Origin: the human T2T-CHM13v2.0 reference genome, Homo sapiens
Assembly: GCF_009914755.1 (NCBI RefSeq)
Contig: NC_060927.1
Reading direction: 5' to 3' (one strand)
DNA: 64,000 bases
Shown: one piece after another, positions 43,832 to 59,139 of the stretch
Layout of the letters: every line of letters begins with the position of its first letter
How positions within the stretch are numbered: position 1 is the stretch's first letter
Position numbers and translations under genes: made by a program
The notes under the pieces: generated by a model
Told to the model about the DNA's origin: nothing
Databases searched by the model: none
The model's input: the letters and a program-made list of their open reading frames with translations, nothing else

Positions 43832-46800
43832 AAATTAACATTTTATGTGATTCCTTTATATCTCATCTCAGCATATTATTTATATTTTATTCAAAAAATT
43901 GTTTGTAATTGCCCAAGAGTTTACAATATACATTTCTAGAAAATTTAAGTCTATCTTCAAATATCACTCTGTGGTTCCACAGGTAATGCAGGTAGCTTGT
44001 AACAGAGTATTTTCAATTCTTCCTTTCTGATCCTGTGATATTGCTGCCATTTATTTATCCTATTCATATGTTACAATCACCCAATACACTGTTCCTATTA
44101 TGGCTTTAAACAAAGTTATTTTTTGATCATTTAAGAACAAGAAAAATAAAATATTTTATTTTACCTTTCTCTTCCTCTAAGACTTTTCTTTTCTTTACGT
44201 AGATCCAAGTTTCAAAACTACATTTTTCATCTTTCTAAAGAACTTCTTTTAATATTTCCTATAGGGAAGGTCAGCTGGGAATAAATTCCCTCAGATTTTA
44301 TTTATCTGAGAAGGTCTTTTTTTCTCCTTTACCTTGAATATCAAATTCTAAGAAGACTTTTTTTTCAAAACTTCTAAATAATTCACTCCTCTCTTCTTGC
44401 TTTCATGGATTCTGATGAGAACTTAGCTATAATTCTAATTTTTTTAATTTTTTTTTTTTGTAAATTTAAGATGACTTGTTTTCTCTGCCATACTTCCAAG
44501 CTTTCCTAATTGTCTTTTGTTTTCTGTAGTTTGAATATAAAATGCCTGGATGGTTTTGTTGTTTTTTTGAGTTCTCTGAGATGCTTGGGTCTGTAGTTTA
44601 TTGACTTTAATTAATTTTGGAAAATATTTGGCCATTATTATTTTAAATATTCTTCTGCACCATTCTCTTTCTTCTTCTGGGATTCTAATTATACATATGT
44701 TACATTAATTGATATTGTCCCACTGATCTTGGATGGTCTATAATTTTTAATTACTTTTTTCATTCTTTCCTCATTTTCCATTTCACTCTGTGAAATTTCA
44801 GCTCACCTATCTTTGAGTTTATGGATCCTTTCCTTGCCCATGTTGAGTCTACTGATGAGCCCATCAAAGGTATTTTTAAATTTTCTTTTACTGTTTTGGA
44901 ATTCTAGCATTTTCTTTGGATCCTTTCTTACAATGTTCACCTCTCTCCTAGCATTACCCATCTATTCTTGCATGTTGACTACTTTTCCCAAGAGAGTCAC
45001 TAACATATTTATTATGTTATGTTAAATTGCCTATCTGATAATCCAACGTCTGTATCATATCTAAATCTGATTATGTTGATTGCTTTATTTCTTCAGACTA
45101 TACTTTTTAATGTTTTTGTCTCTTGACATGACCTGTAATTTTTTGTTGAAAACTAGACATGTATCAGGTAATAGGAAGAGAGGTAAATAGGCCTTTTCAG
45201 TGAGGATTTATGTTAATCTGGTTAGGAGTTGAGCTGTATTTAATGTTTATTGTGCCTAGCTACTAGAGACTTCAGCTTTTTCTAGGGCTCTTATTTTTAG
45301 CTCTCCTTTTGGATTTGGGCCTTCTTTTTGTATTACTCCTCAGAGAAAGTTTGTTTCTTTTAACTTTGCAGCTGTACATCACTTTCATATAATGCAGACT
45401 TACAGATGTGGGGGAGAGAGGACATTCTATAATCTTCTGATTAAGTCTCAGTCTTTTATTGGGCTTGAGTCTTAGGAATGTGGCCTTCACGAGTATGTTT
45501 CTCCCTACTCCAACAGTACAGCTTTGTTTCCCCTGTCACTACTAACCTCCCTGGCTGCAGCATTCCCAATCTACTTCGAAGTCCTATCTCATAAAGCTGA
45601 TAGGGGCTGGAGTTTATAGGAATTCCTTTCCCCTAGCCAGACAAATGTTCAGAGTTGTGCAGTGGTGAAGTAGCATGATTTTCCTTGGAGAGCAGGCCTT
45701 TATTATGGAGAAGGCTTTGGATGAACTTCACCTGGCTGTTCTTCCCTTCCCCTGAATGGTGCCAAGAGGGGATCTTTCTCATATCTTCACTATGAGAATC
45801 TGGTGGGATCCCTGCAAGAAAAGTCCATAAAAGTGTGGGGGCCTCTTTAAGACAGTTTCCTATTTGTCTTTTGTTTTCTGTAACAAAAAAATTCAAACTG
45901 CCAGAATGTTCTTACTCTTTGTAGTCTATATTCAGCCTCCAGCAAGTCCTCAAAATTACAAGTTATATGTCTCTACCAGTCTATGGCTTTAGCAGCTTCT
46001 TATCCAGGTAAGCAGATCTCATCTGTGACTCCATCTACTCATCTGTCTTCTCAGATTTCAAGGTGGCAGCATAACTTTTGTTGTAAAGATGACAGTGATG
46101 ACTTCTAAGCTCAATACATATCGGAGCTGAAACTGAACGTCTGTTTAACTTTCAAAAAAGGGCCAAACTAGTTGCAAAATGGTTGTTCCATTTTACATTC
46201 CCACTGGCAGTGCATAGAATTCCATTTGGTTTACTTCCTAACACTTGGAATAGACAATCTTTTAAATGACAGACAATGTAATAAGTGCTGCCTTATTTTT
46301 ATTTTAATTCTGATTTCCCTAGTATCTAATTATATTGAACATCTTTTCATGTTATTATTTGCCATCATGTACATTCTTTGGTAAAGAGTCTGTTCAAATA
46401 GTTTTCCTATTTTTGGTGGGGGGAGCAGTGTTTGTTGTTTTTATTGCTAAGTTCTATATACAAGTCCTTTATCAGATATGTGATTTACCAATATTTTTTC
46501 CTACTCTGTAGCTTGGCTTTTTATTTGCTACAATATATTTATAAAGGAGTTCTAAATGTTGAAGTGTAACTTATTTTTCTTTGCATGAATTATGCTTCTG
46601 GTGACATATGTAATAAACCTTTGCTTAGCCGACATCAAAAAATGTTCTTCTATGTTTTGTTTTGGATACTTTATAATTTTAGGTTTTACATTTAGGTTTA
46701 TGACATAGTAGAGTTAATTTGTAAATATGTTGAAAGTTAAGGATTGATGATCATTTTTTGGTATGTGGACATCAAATTGGTCCAGCATTATTTGATGAAA

Positions 46801-46872
46801 AGACCATCCTTTCTTCACAGAATTGCCTTTGAACCTTTTCCAAAAATTAGTAGTCCATATATGTTTGAGTAT

Positions 46873-47246
46873 TGTATCAGTCCATTTTCACAGTGCTATA
46901 AAGACATACCCGAGAATGGGTAATTTATAAAGGAAAGAAGTTTAATTGACTCACAGTTCCGCATGGCTAGGGAGGCCTCAGGAAACTTACAGTCATGGTG
47001 GTAGGCAAAGCAGAAGCAAAGACCTTCGTCACATGGAGGCAGGAAAGAGGGTGTGTGAAGGAGGAACTGTCAAACACCTACAAAACCATTTGATCTCATG
47101 AGAACTCACTATCAAGAGAACAGCATGGAGGAGCCACCCCTGTGATTCAATCACCTCCCACCCAGTCCCTCCCTCCACAAGTGGGGATTATGGAGATTAC
47201 AATTCAAAATGAGATTTGGGTGGGGACACAGAGCTAGACCATATCC
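46873..47246 (-). mobile_element. THE1D/MSTA-type LTR nested in L1
   Basis: tgtatcagtccattttcac...gagatttgggtggggacacagagctagaccatatc. Confidence 0.9.
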
Positions 47247-47403
47247 AATATATATCAGATATATTTCTGGAATCTTTATTCTTTTGCATGAATCTATCTA
47301 TGTATCTTTGAGTCAATGCCAGCATGTCTTGATTATTGTAGCTTTTTGGTAAGTCTTAAAGTCTTTGAAGTAATTCTTGTAATTCCTCTCATGTTGTTTT
47401 TCT

Positions 47404-47713
47404 TTTCTTTTTTTCTTTTTTTTTGTTTTTTGAGACACAATCTTACTCTGTCACCTAGGCTGGAATACAATGGCACAATCTTGGCTCACTGCAACCTCTG
47501 CCTCCCAGGTTCACGTGTCTCTTGTGCTTCAACCTCCTAAGTAGCTGGAATTACAGGCGTGTGCCACCATGCCTGGCTAATTTCTGTATTTTTACTAGAG
47601 ACGGGTTTTTGCCATGTTGACCAGGCTGGTCTTGAACACCTGACCTCAAGTGATCCACCTGCCTCAGCCTCCCAAAGTGCTGGGATTACATGCATGAGTC
47701 ACTGTGCCCAGCC
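47404..47713 (-). mobile_element. Alu (old AluS/J)
   Basis: Full dimer; TSD tcatgttgtttttct. Confidence 0.93.
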
Positions 47714-50700
47714 TCATGTTGTTTTTCTATTTCAAAGTTGTTTTGGCTAGACTAGCTTCTTTACAGTTCCATTGTGGATTTTAAAATTTGCTGCCAAATT
47801 TCTATTTTAAAAAAAAGCATGTTGTAATTTGGATTGGGATTTTGTTGTAATTATAGGTCAGTTGGAGGAGAACTAGCATCTTAACAATATTAAGTCTTCT
47901 GATCCATGGACCAAATGTATCTTTCCATTTATTTAGATATTTTAAAATATCTTTCAGCAATGTTTTGTAGATTTTAATGTACAGGGCTTGCATGTATTTT
48001 TTTTTTAGATTTATTCCCAACTATTTCATGTTTTTAAATGTTTCTGTAAATGGTAAATTGTTCCTAATTGTTCTTTACTATTGTATAGACATACAACTGA
48101 CTTTCGTATATTGCTTTTGTGTCCTGCAGTTGCTAAACTTACATATAAGTTATAGTAACTTTTAAAAATATCATCTACATTAAATTCTACACTTTGTGCA
48201 ACAGTTTTATTTCCTCCTTTCCAATCTAGATGCCTTTTTTGTTTGTTTGTTTTTTGCACATTGAAATGACTAATTCCCTTAAGTACAATGTTCACTGTGT
48301 TGAGAGTGGTCATTCTTTTCTTATTTCTGACCATAGGGGAGAAATGATTCAATCTTTCACGAGTAATTTGATATTTATGTTAGCTAGAAGTTTCTTGTAG
48401 CTGTCCTTTATCAAATCAAGAAAACTTACTTCTATACCTAGTTTGTTGAGTTTTTTTTTTCATAATTGAAAGAACATAGTATTCTGACAAATGCTTTTTC
48501 TACATGTATTAAGGTCACCATATGTTTTTTCTTTTTTTGTTTGCTTGCATTAAGAAATATGTTGATTGATTTTTGAGTGTTAAGCTAACCTGGCATGCCT
48601 GGAATAAAACTGGTCATGATTTATTATCCTTTTCATATATTGTTTAATTTGATTGGTTAACATTTTGTTAAAAAATTTTGCATCTATGTTTATTAGGAAC
48701 ATTGGTTTGCAGTTTTCTTTTTTTTAAAATGTCTTTGCCTGGATTTGTTGTTGGAATAATCCTGAAATCAATGCATAACTTGGTAAGTATTACAGTATTA
48801 TTGCCTCTTCAAGTATCTGGAAACACTGGTATAGGATTTGTATTGTTTCTTTCTTAAATAGTTGATAGAATTTATCAGTGAAGCAATCTAGGAGGTTTCC
48901 TTGTGAGAATGTTTTGAACTACAAATTAAATTTTTTTAATAGATAGAAGGCTATTTAGTCTTTATCTCTCTCTTCTTCACTGAGCTTTGGTAGTTTGTAT
49001 CTTTCAAATAATTTGTCCATTTAATCTAACTTTTAAAATTTATTGTCCTGATTTAGCTTGTACAATTTCTTTAGTCTTTCTTCTAATATGAAACTCCAAT
49101 CTGTAGATACATTCTAATATTCTAATATCTGTAAAATCTGTAGTGATATCACTGCTTTTATTTCTGATATTGGTAATTTATTTTCTCTTTATTTCTTGAA
49201 CAGCCTGGTTAGAGATTTATAAATTTTATCGATCTCATTTTCTTGTGGGTCTGTTTATTGAACTCAATTTTATCTTGATCACTTCCTTTTTTCTGCTTAC
49301 TTTGGGTTTCATTTGCTTTTCTTTTTCTAGATTTTTAAGATTGAAGCTAAGACCATTGATTTATGACCTTTCTGTTTTCTAATATGAGGAGTTTGACATA
49401 CATTTTTCTAAAATTATTATTTTTGCTATCTTCCACAGTTTTTATATGTCCTGTTTTCATTTTTCCTTAGTTAACACATGCTTTCTAATTTCCCTTTAAG
49501 TTTATTCTTTGTCCATTGGTTGTTTAGAAGTGTGTTATTTCATTTTTAAATATTTGGAGGATCTTCCAGATATCTCTTTGTTGTCAGTTTCTAATTTAAT
49601 TCCATTGTGTTTAGATAATATGTTTTGCATGTCTTGAGTCCTTTTAAGTTAATTGAAATTTGTTTTATAGCCCAACCTGTGGTCATTTTGGTAAGTCAGT
49701 TTTGAAAGTACCATATTATGAATTATTGCAAGCAACGTTTTCTTTTTATTTTCCTCATCCTCTGTTCCCACCATTAAGAAAAAAAATAAGGGAAACATTT
49801 AAAAGATTTAGACAAATATTTTCATTTATTTATTTTATATATTAAGAAAGCATTTTGTTGTGACATGATTTTTCTTTCTTTCTAAAAGCTTACTTTGATC
49901 AGGATCTGGAAGAATTATCAATAAAAAATGAAAACTCACTTTAGATTATATTACCCTCAAGATACCTGCTAATATTTTTGAGTCAACATATCTTATCTCC
50001 TTTGAAATTTGGCTCTTTCCTTTCTTTTTTGGAGTCTGATACCACATGTGGGTTTTCTAGCATTTTATGTTGGCATCTAGTGTTACATGATCTTTTCAGA
50101 AATATAAGAGTGGCATTTGTTCAGATAATAATCCCTTCAGCTCCACAGCAAACAACTTTCCTTGGAAATTTTAACCTAACCTTACTTCCCAATCATGACT
50201 TTTCAATTTTTCCTGTCATGTATTCATTGCTTTGCTGATCTATAACCTTCCCAAGGTTAATATTTTATTTCTTCAAGGGAAATATAATTCAAGGGGACTT
50301 TAAGGTGTCTTGCAGTTTTCTTGTTTCATAGTAGGACTATTACAAGCTATTTTTATAGTTTCTTTTGTTTTTTAAATCTGAAGTCTTTATTAATACTAAT
50401 AGCATAACTTGCGAGAAGTTCTTAAAACAAGAATACTCCTGTCATTCAAGACTTTCTCTATGAAACTATATACATAGAGATTTGAGAAAAAAAAGTCTGC
50501 AAATATGGTGTGGTATTCAAAATAAAGCCTTTATATGAATCTAAGATAAACCTGTTATATGAATAGCATATATAAAAGATAGGAGTCTTTTATATGTGAT
50601 ATTCATACATCTTTTTATCTTCTGCATTAATGTTAATAAAGCCACCACAAACCCGGTGTGCATTAATACAAGTATTATTGATGTGTGTGAATATATATTA

Positions 50701-51065
50701 CTTATAAAAACACAAAGACAGATTCAAAGTTTACTTCAAAGTGAACTGCATTCACTTCTGCTAGTGGGAGTAAGTCATGCTTTTGATCTTATCTCTAGGA
50801 TCCAGAGAATTGCTGCAGGCAATACTACATAAGAAAAGCTTCTTCAAAAAAGATTTACAGACTGTATTCCTATTTTTCTTTTTTCATGGTGTTATTTCAT
50901 TCACCAGCTCAAATTCTGTAGAATTTAAAAACTAATGCCACTAAAACATTTGAACATATAGCACTATTTTAGTGTCTTTTATCCTCAAATTAAATAAAGG
51001 TATAGAATCAGTATCTTTAGGTTGTTCCTTTAGTCTCATAAGTCAGAAAGTTCTCCTTGCAATAG

Positions 51066-51479
<414 letters not shown>

Positions 51480-51701
51480 TAGCATATAAATGTTTCCTGT
51501 GTTGTATCATTAGAGATGACCTCTGTTAATGTTTTGATTTGTAAACTGTTATAGACAGATAGATGCTTCTAGTCATTTATTAAAGTAGCTAATAAATAGG
51601 CTTACTAAATTCACCAAATTTCTAATATCTTTATTCCTCCTATTTATCTGGCATAACACATCCAATATTTAGCAAAGATTGTTGTTTCTACCTTTTAAAT
51701 G

Positions 51702-52033
51702 CAGTAGTCCACTCTTGTCTGCAGTTTTGCTTTCTGTGGTTTCAGTTACCTGTGGTGGACCCAGTTTGAAAATACTGCATACAATAAGCTATTGAGAAAG
51801 AGAGAAAGAGAGAGAGAGAGATCAAATTCACATAACTCTTATTATAGTATCCTGTTATAATTGTTCTATTACATTATTAGTCTTTGTTAATCGCTTACTG
51901 TGCCTAATTTATAGGTATATACCTATATACCTGTATAGGAAAAACCATAGTGTAGGGTCCAGTATTCTTTGTGGTTTCAGGCATCCACTTGGGGTTTTGG
52001 AACATATCCCCCGAACATAAAAGGGAACTGCTG
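51702..52033 (+). mobile_element. MER44A-type Tigger derivative, within L2 remnant
   Basis: cagtagtcc...ggtttcagttacc...ggaacatatccccc...gggaactgctg inverted ends. Confidence 0.82.
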
Positions 52034-52596
52034 AATATCTAGCACCTAACCAATTCCGTACACCAATCCACATCCTAGTCTAAATCATTGTCATCTATCA
52101 GTAATGCAATAGCCTTTTAGCTGGCCTCTCTGCTTCCATTCTTGACTGCTACAGACCATTCTTCACGTAGTCATCCAGTGAGTATTTTAAAACATAAGTT
52201 ATGTGGCTCTTCTGCTTTCTTCCGTCCAAAGACTTTTCATGTGACTCAAAGTAGAGGCATCATTACAATGGCCTAGAGGAACTGCATGATTAATTCTTAG
52301 CCATTTCATAACCTCAGATCCATTGTGGAAACAGTGGAATAACGGCAATGAAATTAGAAAACAAAACACAAAATTCCTGTTTATCGTACATGCTGTGGCT
52401 GAAAGAAAATTTATAATACCTTTGAGCACCTCCCTATCCCCAGCCCCAAGTTCCTTGGGGTTTTTAAATTGAATTTCACAGCTTTTCTGGGACCTGAACT
52501 CCCTTGAAACTTGAGAATGAAGTGGTTGTTCAGGTTTTTGTGCCCAGAAGGAGGGTTTCTTGGCTGAGGAATACCTAAATAAGCTTTGAAGAAAGG

Positions 52597-52973
52597 TGTA
52601 TTAATCTACTTGAACTACCATAACAAAATACCACAGACTGAGTGGCTTAAGTAACAGGAAATTATTTTCTCAGAGTGCTGGAGGCTAGAAGTCCAAGATC
52701 AGGGTGCCAGCAGGGCTGGTTTCCGGTGGGGCCTTCTCCTTGGGTTGCAGAAGGCCACCATCTTGCTGTGCATCCTCACGTAGCCTTTCCTGTGTGCTCT
52801 CCAGGAGCATCTCTTGCTCTTCTTATAAAGATGCCAGTCCTATGGGATTAACTCCCCACCTTTGTGAACTCACTTAACCTATAATACTTCTTTACTGTAT
52901 CTCAAATACAGTCACGTTGGAGTAGGGCTTCAATATATGAGTTTTGAGGGAACACAATTCAGTCCATATAACA
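52597..52973 (-). mobile_element. MLT1 (MaLR) solo LTR
   Basis: tgtatta...ataacaaaataccacagactgagtggctt...cacaattcagtccatataaca; TSD aaagg. Confidence 0.9.
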
Positions 52974-53249
52974 AAAGGCTTTTGCATAAGGAAGTGAGGA
53001 GGAGTCTGAGAAAGCAGTCTGACAGCTGGGGACTAAGAAAGTGCCTGCCTGGGTGAGGGAAGCCCACAGCAGATGGGCATATTGGTGCTAGGAACCTCAG
53101 GAGAAGGTTGGTAAATCTCCTACCACCTGTGCTTATTTCCCCAGACTTTCAAATCTAAGCAGCTGCTGTTTATCATTTCTCCCTCCTCTCATCTGGCAAA
53201 AAAACTTGACAAAAGGCACAGGCTGTTCACCCTGAGCGTTCTTTAAGGA

Positions 53250-53425
53250 CGCAGTTTCCCCTGCCTAGCAACACAGAAATACCTGGGGAGAATGTTGTAA
53301 TTGTAGACCTTGGAGACCTACTTCAGACCTACTGAGTCAGAATGTCTAGGGTTGGGGCCCCAAAAGTAGAAGCCAAACCAAGTATCTGAGGTGTTATTAC
53401 ACACAGAAAAGTTCCAGAACCACTG
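53250..53425. mobile_element. MER5-like hAT element
   Basis: cagacctactgagtcagaatgtctaggg...agaaccactg. Confidence 0.6.
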
Positions 53426-53830
53426 AAGAGTTTTGGACAAATCACTATCTTGCTATGTTACATAGTTTTAATTGTAGTTGCCTTCCTGCCTGCCTTGCTT
53501 TCTTCCTTCTTTCTTTCCTTCCTTCTTTCTTCTGTTTGTTCCTTCATTTTTTTCCCACTTAAAGTCTCCAGTAAGGACTTTAAAATAATATGTGTATTTT
53601 ATAGAAAAATCAAGTTAATATTCTATTTATTAATGTATCTACAGTAGCTGTCAGAGTATAAAAAAATGAATCCTTTGTAGCAGCTTGGGGTGAGGCGAAA
53701 AGCATGTCAGAGAAGGGTTACAGATCATAGGATTTCTGAATGGAAAAAGCAAACCAAAACATGATTAGAGTAAGGCAGCGTTGTGGTCAGAAGATGCTGG
53801 TCTCACCATCAGTTAAGAGTATGCAGTTCC

Positions 53831-54204
<374 letters not shown>

Positions 54205-55194
54205 CTAGTTTCTGTTTGTGTTTAGAAGCCCTGAGGCAGAAGAGTTCCTCTGTGGAGGAAGTAGCCTCCAGCTTGTGCATTTGCAAGACTTCAGCTTGTT
54301 GATAAGGGCTCCTTATCCTCAGGAGGGTTGGATGAGTTACTTAGAAGGAACATTTTTTTTTTTTTTTTTTTTTGCCTCCCAAGCCCTAGGGCTGGTAGTA
54401 TCAAGCATCACAGATAAACAAGTAATACTTTTCATCCAGGAAGATAAATTTCGGTTTAGAAAAGTAGTCTAATCAGTTCAAACCGAGTCACTGTGATTAC
54501 TAGAATTCCTAGATATCATGTTTGATTTAAAAATAGCTTTTCTGACACACCCTTCCAATCTTATGTTATTGCAAAATTGCATTATTGCAAAAAGGCTTTC
54601 TGATATATGGATTTATCCAAGCCCCTTAAGCATAATTTGGAAATGGGATGAGGCAGGAGTGGAGGCAATATCTCCTGCTCTTTTGTTGGCCCAGAAAAAA
54701 ATAGAATTTCAAGTGATTTGGCTATCTGAGGGAGCTTCTCTTTGCCCTGTCACCTAGCTCTCATGACCTCAATCCCACTCATTAATTGCAGCCCAAGCAG
54801 CCTGTCTGAAAGCTGTCAGCTTAGGGTTTATCCCAGGGGATTCGTTACAAAGAATCAAAGATCGTGCATAACTAGCTAAGACTAAACTCCAGGCAAACCA
54901 TAATTACACAGCTGGGGTCCAGAGAGAATTATGCATATGGACACATTGCCCCAGGTCTTCCAGACTTCCCAAGTCATCAATGCAGGGGATTCCAGTGGTT
55001 CCGTCATTCAGGGTATGACCTTCAGTCGGGTTGTTTCTCTGCACTAATTTTCTCCCAAAGACGATGTGTCCAATATGTTGCCTTTTGAGTAATCTTCCTA
55101 AATAATTCTTTTGATTAATGGCCTTCTTCTTGTCTAGAAATGGAATTCCTAACATCATTTCAGGCATCTCTGACTCTAAAAATGTACGTCACAG

Positions 55195-55355
55195 ACCAGT
55201 GGTGTCAGCAACACTTGGGGAATTGTTAGAAATGCAAATTCTTATACCTCATTCCAGGCCTACCAAATAAAAATGTCAGAGAGTGGAGCCCATTGATCTG
55301 TGTTTTAACACATCTTCAGGTGATTCATACCTGCTAAAGTTTCAGAAGCACTGAT
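55195..55355. mobile_element. MER5-like hAT element
   Basis: ttgttagaaatgcaaattct...ctgtgttttaaca...aagtttcagaagcactg. Confidence 0.75.
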
Positions 55356-55483
55356 CTAAACCCTAACAACCCACCTATCTGAACTTACCATATTCCATTT
55401 CCTCTCCGCTTATAAATTTGACCATAGTTACCTAAATTATCTCTATATTTTGTTATCCCTTCATCTGTTTATGGCACTTCTTT

Positions 55484-56540
55484 TGAGGACTAAATTCTTA
55501 TTTATTTATTTTTATTATTTATTTTTTCGAGAGGGAGTTTCGCTTTGTCGCCCAGGCTGGAGTGCAGTGGCGCGATCTCAGCTCATGGCAAGCTCCGCCT
55601 CCCGGGTTCAGGCCATTCTCCTGCCTCAGCCTCCTGAGTAGCTGGGACTACAGGAGCCAGCAAGCCTGGCTAATTTTTTTTGTATTTTTAGTAGAGACGG
55701 GGTTTCACCGTGTTAGCCAGGATGGTCTCGATCTCCTCACCTCATGATCTGCCCGCCTCGTCTTCCCAAAGTGCTGGGAATACAGGCATGAGCCACCGCG
55801 CCCTGCCATTTTTTTTTTATCTTGCCCAAATTCCTGTCTAAGAGGTTTGAGGAGTCATGTCCTACAAACCATAAATTATCATCAGATGGGTTTTATGTAA
55901 CCCCATATATCGTGATTTACTTTCCAACCTGACTCTGTCATAACATACCAGACAAGGAAGAAAATAAAAATATTTTACCTCAAAACATGTTTCTTTGCCA
56001 TATCTTGAAATGGCCCTGCAAAGCTATCCTTTGTGGGGGAAAATTTGCATCTGTAAAGAATCTCTATTAATATAGAGATCTTTTTTTTTCAGGTCCTTCC
56101 ACTTCTAAAGAGATTAACTAGGAGTCTAGCACCTTTTAAAGATCTGAATAGAAAACATTTGTCATCTATTGTCTCTAAGGGCAGCCACTATAAGACCTTG
56201 GTCTCCACAATCTTTTGTCTTAACCTGAATATTTCCCAAGTCTTCTATCATTCCAGGTCTTCAGATGAACTCAACCAATGTCAACCAGAAATGTTTAAAT
56301 TTACCTATGACCTGGAAGCCCCACCACCGCTTCTAGTTGTCCTGCCTTTCTGAACCAAACCAATGTATTTGATTGATGTCTCATGCCTCCCTAAAATATA
56401 TAAAACCAAGCTGCGCCCTGACCACCTTGGGCACATGTTGTCAGGACCTCCTGAGGGCTGTGTCATGGGCCATGGTCACTCATATTTGGCTCAGAATAAA
56501 TGTCTTCAAATATTTTACAAAGTTTGACTCTTCCTTGACA
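55484..56540 (+). mobile_element. MER4D-like ERV1 solo LTR interrupted by AluY
   Basis: tgaggactaa | ttttatcttgcccaaattcct...ggctcagaataaat...tttgactcttccttgaca. Confidence 0.82.
55497..55808 (-). mobile_element. AluY nested in LTR
   Basis: gcaagctccgcc, cgtgttagccaggatggtctcgatc. Confidence 0.93.
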
Positions 56541-56560
56541 TTTTTGACTGGAATATTCTT

Positions 56561-56855
<295 letters not shown>

Positions 56856-56909
56856 CTTGACTGCAATATTCTTAAAGGCCCAGCTCAAATATTATTCTTT
56901 TCTCTCCAG

Positions 56910-57275
56910 GTATTGTTTTTTTAACCTCTGCACTATTGACATTTGGAGCCGGAAATGATTTGGTTTTTCTTTGTTTGCTTATTTATTTTTAGAGACAGGA
57001 TCTGACTGTCACCCGGGCTGGAATGCAGTGGCATGATTGTAGCTCACTGCAGCCTTGAACTTCTGAGCTTAAGTGATCTTCCTGCCTCAGCTTCGTGAGT
57101 TAACTGGGACTACAAATGCACACCACCATGCCTGTCTAATTGAGATAATTTGTCACTGTGGGCAGCTATCTATGCATTCTTAAGTAGTAACCCCCTGTTG
57201 TGACTATCAAAAATGTATCCAGACATTACCAAATAACAACTAGGGGAAAAAAATCTCCCTTGGTTAGGAACCACC
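56910..57275. mobile_element. MER20 interrupted by an Alu monomer (about 56965-57140, minus)
   Basis: gcactattgacatttgg...gttgtgactatcaaaaatgtatccagacatt...ggttaggaaccac. Confidence 0.75.
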
Positions 57276-57719
57276 AGTTTACCCAGTCATTCTATCATTT
57301 ACTCCATATCCCAAAGCCAGACTAAATTTCTCCATTCTCTGTGCTTCTAGAGAAATTGGGCTTTATTCTTTTGCTAAATCAGATTCAGAGAGTTGTATAT
57401 TTTAAATAAATAAAAAAGGGTTTACACACACACACATATACATACATAGAACTTCATCTTTTGTAATGCCACTTATGTCACTTATTCATTAATGCAAAAA
57501 ACTAATCATTTACCATCCTTCAGGTGTCACATAACCTGGCATACTTGGTTTCCTAGAGCAGAAAGATTAGAGTGGGAGTAGTTAGGAGCTGTTCTTCAAC
57601 CTTCCTGGAATATGAGATAGACACCGGAAGTGGGAATTAACCCATGATATGACTGGGAGATAAAATCCAGTTAAGTGGGCAGAATAAGGTGGCTGGGGCA
57701 CAGGGCATGGGACAATGGG

Positions 57720-58060
57720 ATGGTGTGTCAACATTGAGGGTGTTTTATGTGTCAACATTGAGGATGTTTTTGCATAAGATTAACATTTAAACAGAAGACT
57801 GTCCTCCATAGTGTGGGTGGGCCTCATTCAATCAATTGAAGGACTAAATAGAACAAGCAGAAGGAATTTCTTCAGCCAACTGCCTGGAAGTGCACCTTTG
57901 GCTTTCTTGCACCTCTAGCCTACTGGCCCACACTGCAGATTCTGGAATTGCCAGCCTCCAAAATCATGGGAGCCAATTCTTTGTAATAAATCTGTATTTC
58001 TTTATATACATATACACATCCTATTGGTTGTTTCTATGAAGAACGCCGACTAGTACAGAA
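57720..58060 (+). mobile_element. MLT2 (ERVL) LTR fragment
   Basis: agattaacattt...gtgggtgggcctcattcaatc...gagccaattc...cctattggt...gactagtaca. Confidence 0.8.
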
Positions 58061-59139
58061 ATCTGTCGAAAGTTGGTAGTTGAAGCTGGCAGAAAGCATC
58101 AAAGGGTCCAATACAGAAGAATAAGGTTTTATTGAACGTCTTGGGGGACATAGCCATAGAGAGTCCAGAAAGAGGAGGCATTTAGAAATTCAGACAGTTA
58201 ATTGACATCAGTGTAGTCTTTTAGCAGGTAGGAATGCCTCCAACCCTCTTTTATGGATAAAGAAACTGGCAAATGAGGTATGAGCCCAAAGACTTGCCAG
58301 GATAGTAACTTGGATCAGGAAACACATGATGGATTGAAGCTTAGATTCCTAAAGAACAAGTTAGATAATGAATAAAGAAACTTTTTATTACATGATATTG
58401 GATATGTCATAGTTGTTATAAGAACCGGTAAGCAGTAATTCTAATAGTGACTTTTGCAGATTGAACACTGGAGTCAGAAAATCAGAGCAGCTGTTCATAC
58501 CTGTCTGCATAGTACATGATGATTTATCAGTGATAACCCTAACCTATTACTTTTGAGAGGAGACAGTAATTAGCTGATAACTTGTTGTTGTTGTTCCTGA
58601 AAATGTCCTTGTAATTTGTAAAATCCCAACCGATAAAGCTCTCCTTTTTCTGGGAAAACAGAAAACTCACATATTTATTTGTTCAAAGCATTTTCTACAA
58701 TTAATGTATTCTAATTTTTGACTTACGAGGGAAAAAATCCATCTCTATATCATAGCCTAAAATATTATCAAAGATCACTGTTAAATATCATAAAACTCAA
58801 TTATAATTAGACATATTGAGCTCAATAACAATATTGCTCTCTTGACTACTTTGAACTATTAACAATATATTTCTGAAGTAGTTATCTTATTTGTAATGAG
58901 AAATTATTTCCAGCTTCACACTGCTTTCTTTGTCTACAATAACAATGACAGAATACCAACAAATACCACTATTTGTTGCTACCACTCTATGCGCTACCAC
59001 TTTCCTTTTTCTCCACCTATTTAGTCATTTTTCTCTTTAGTTGGGGAATGTTATAACAATCACTCTTCCCTGTTGTCACAGAATTTTAAAAACTTGTCCC
59101 CAGACTGAAAAAAACAAGCAAAAAGATTTTGAAAGAATG

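Noticed and set aside
54904-55167. 87-aa minus-strand ORF in unique sequence
   Set aside because: No recognisable homology or splice context; length expected by chance
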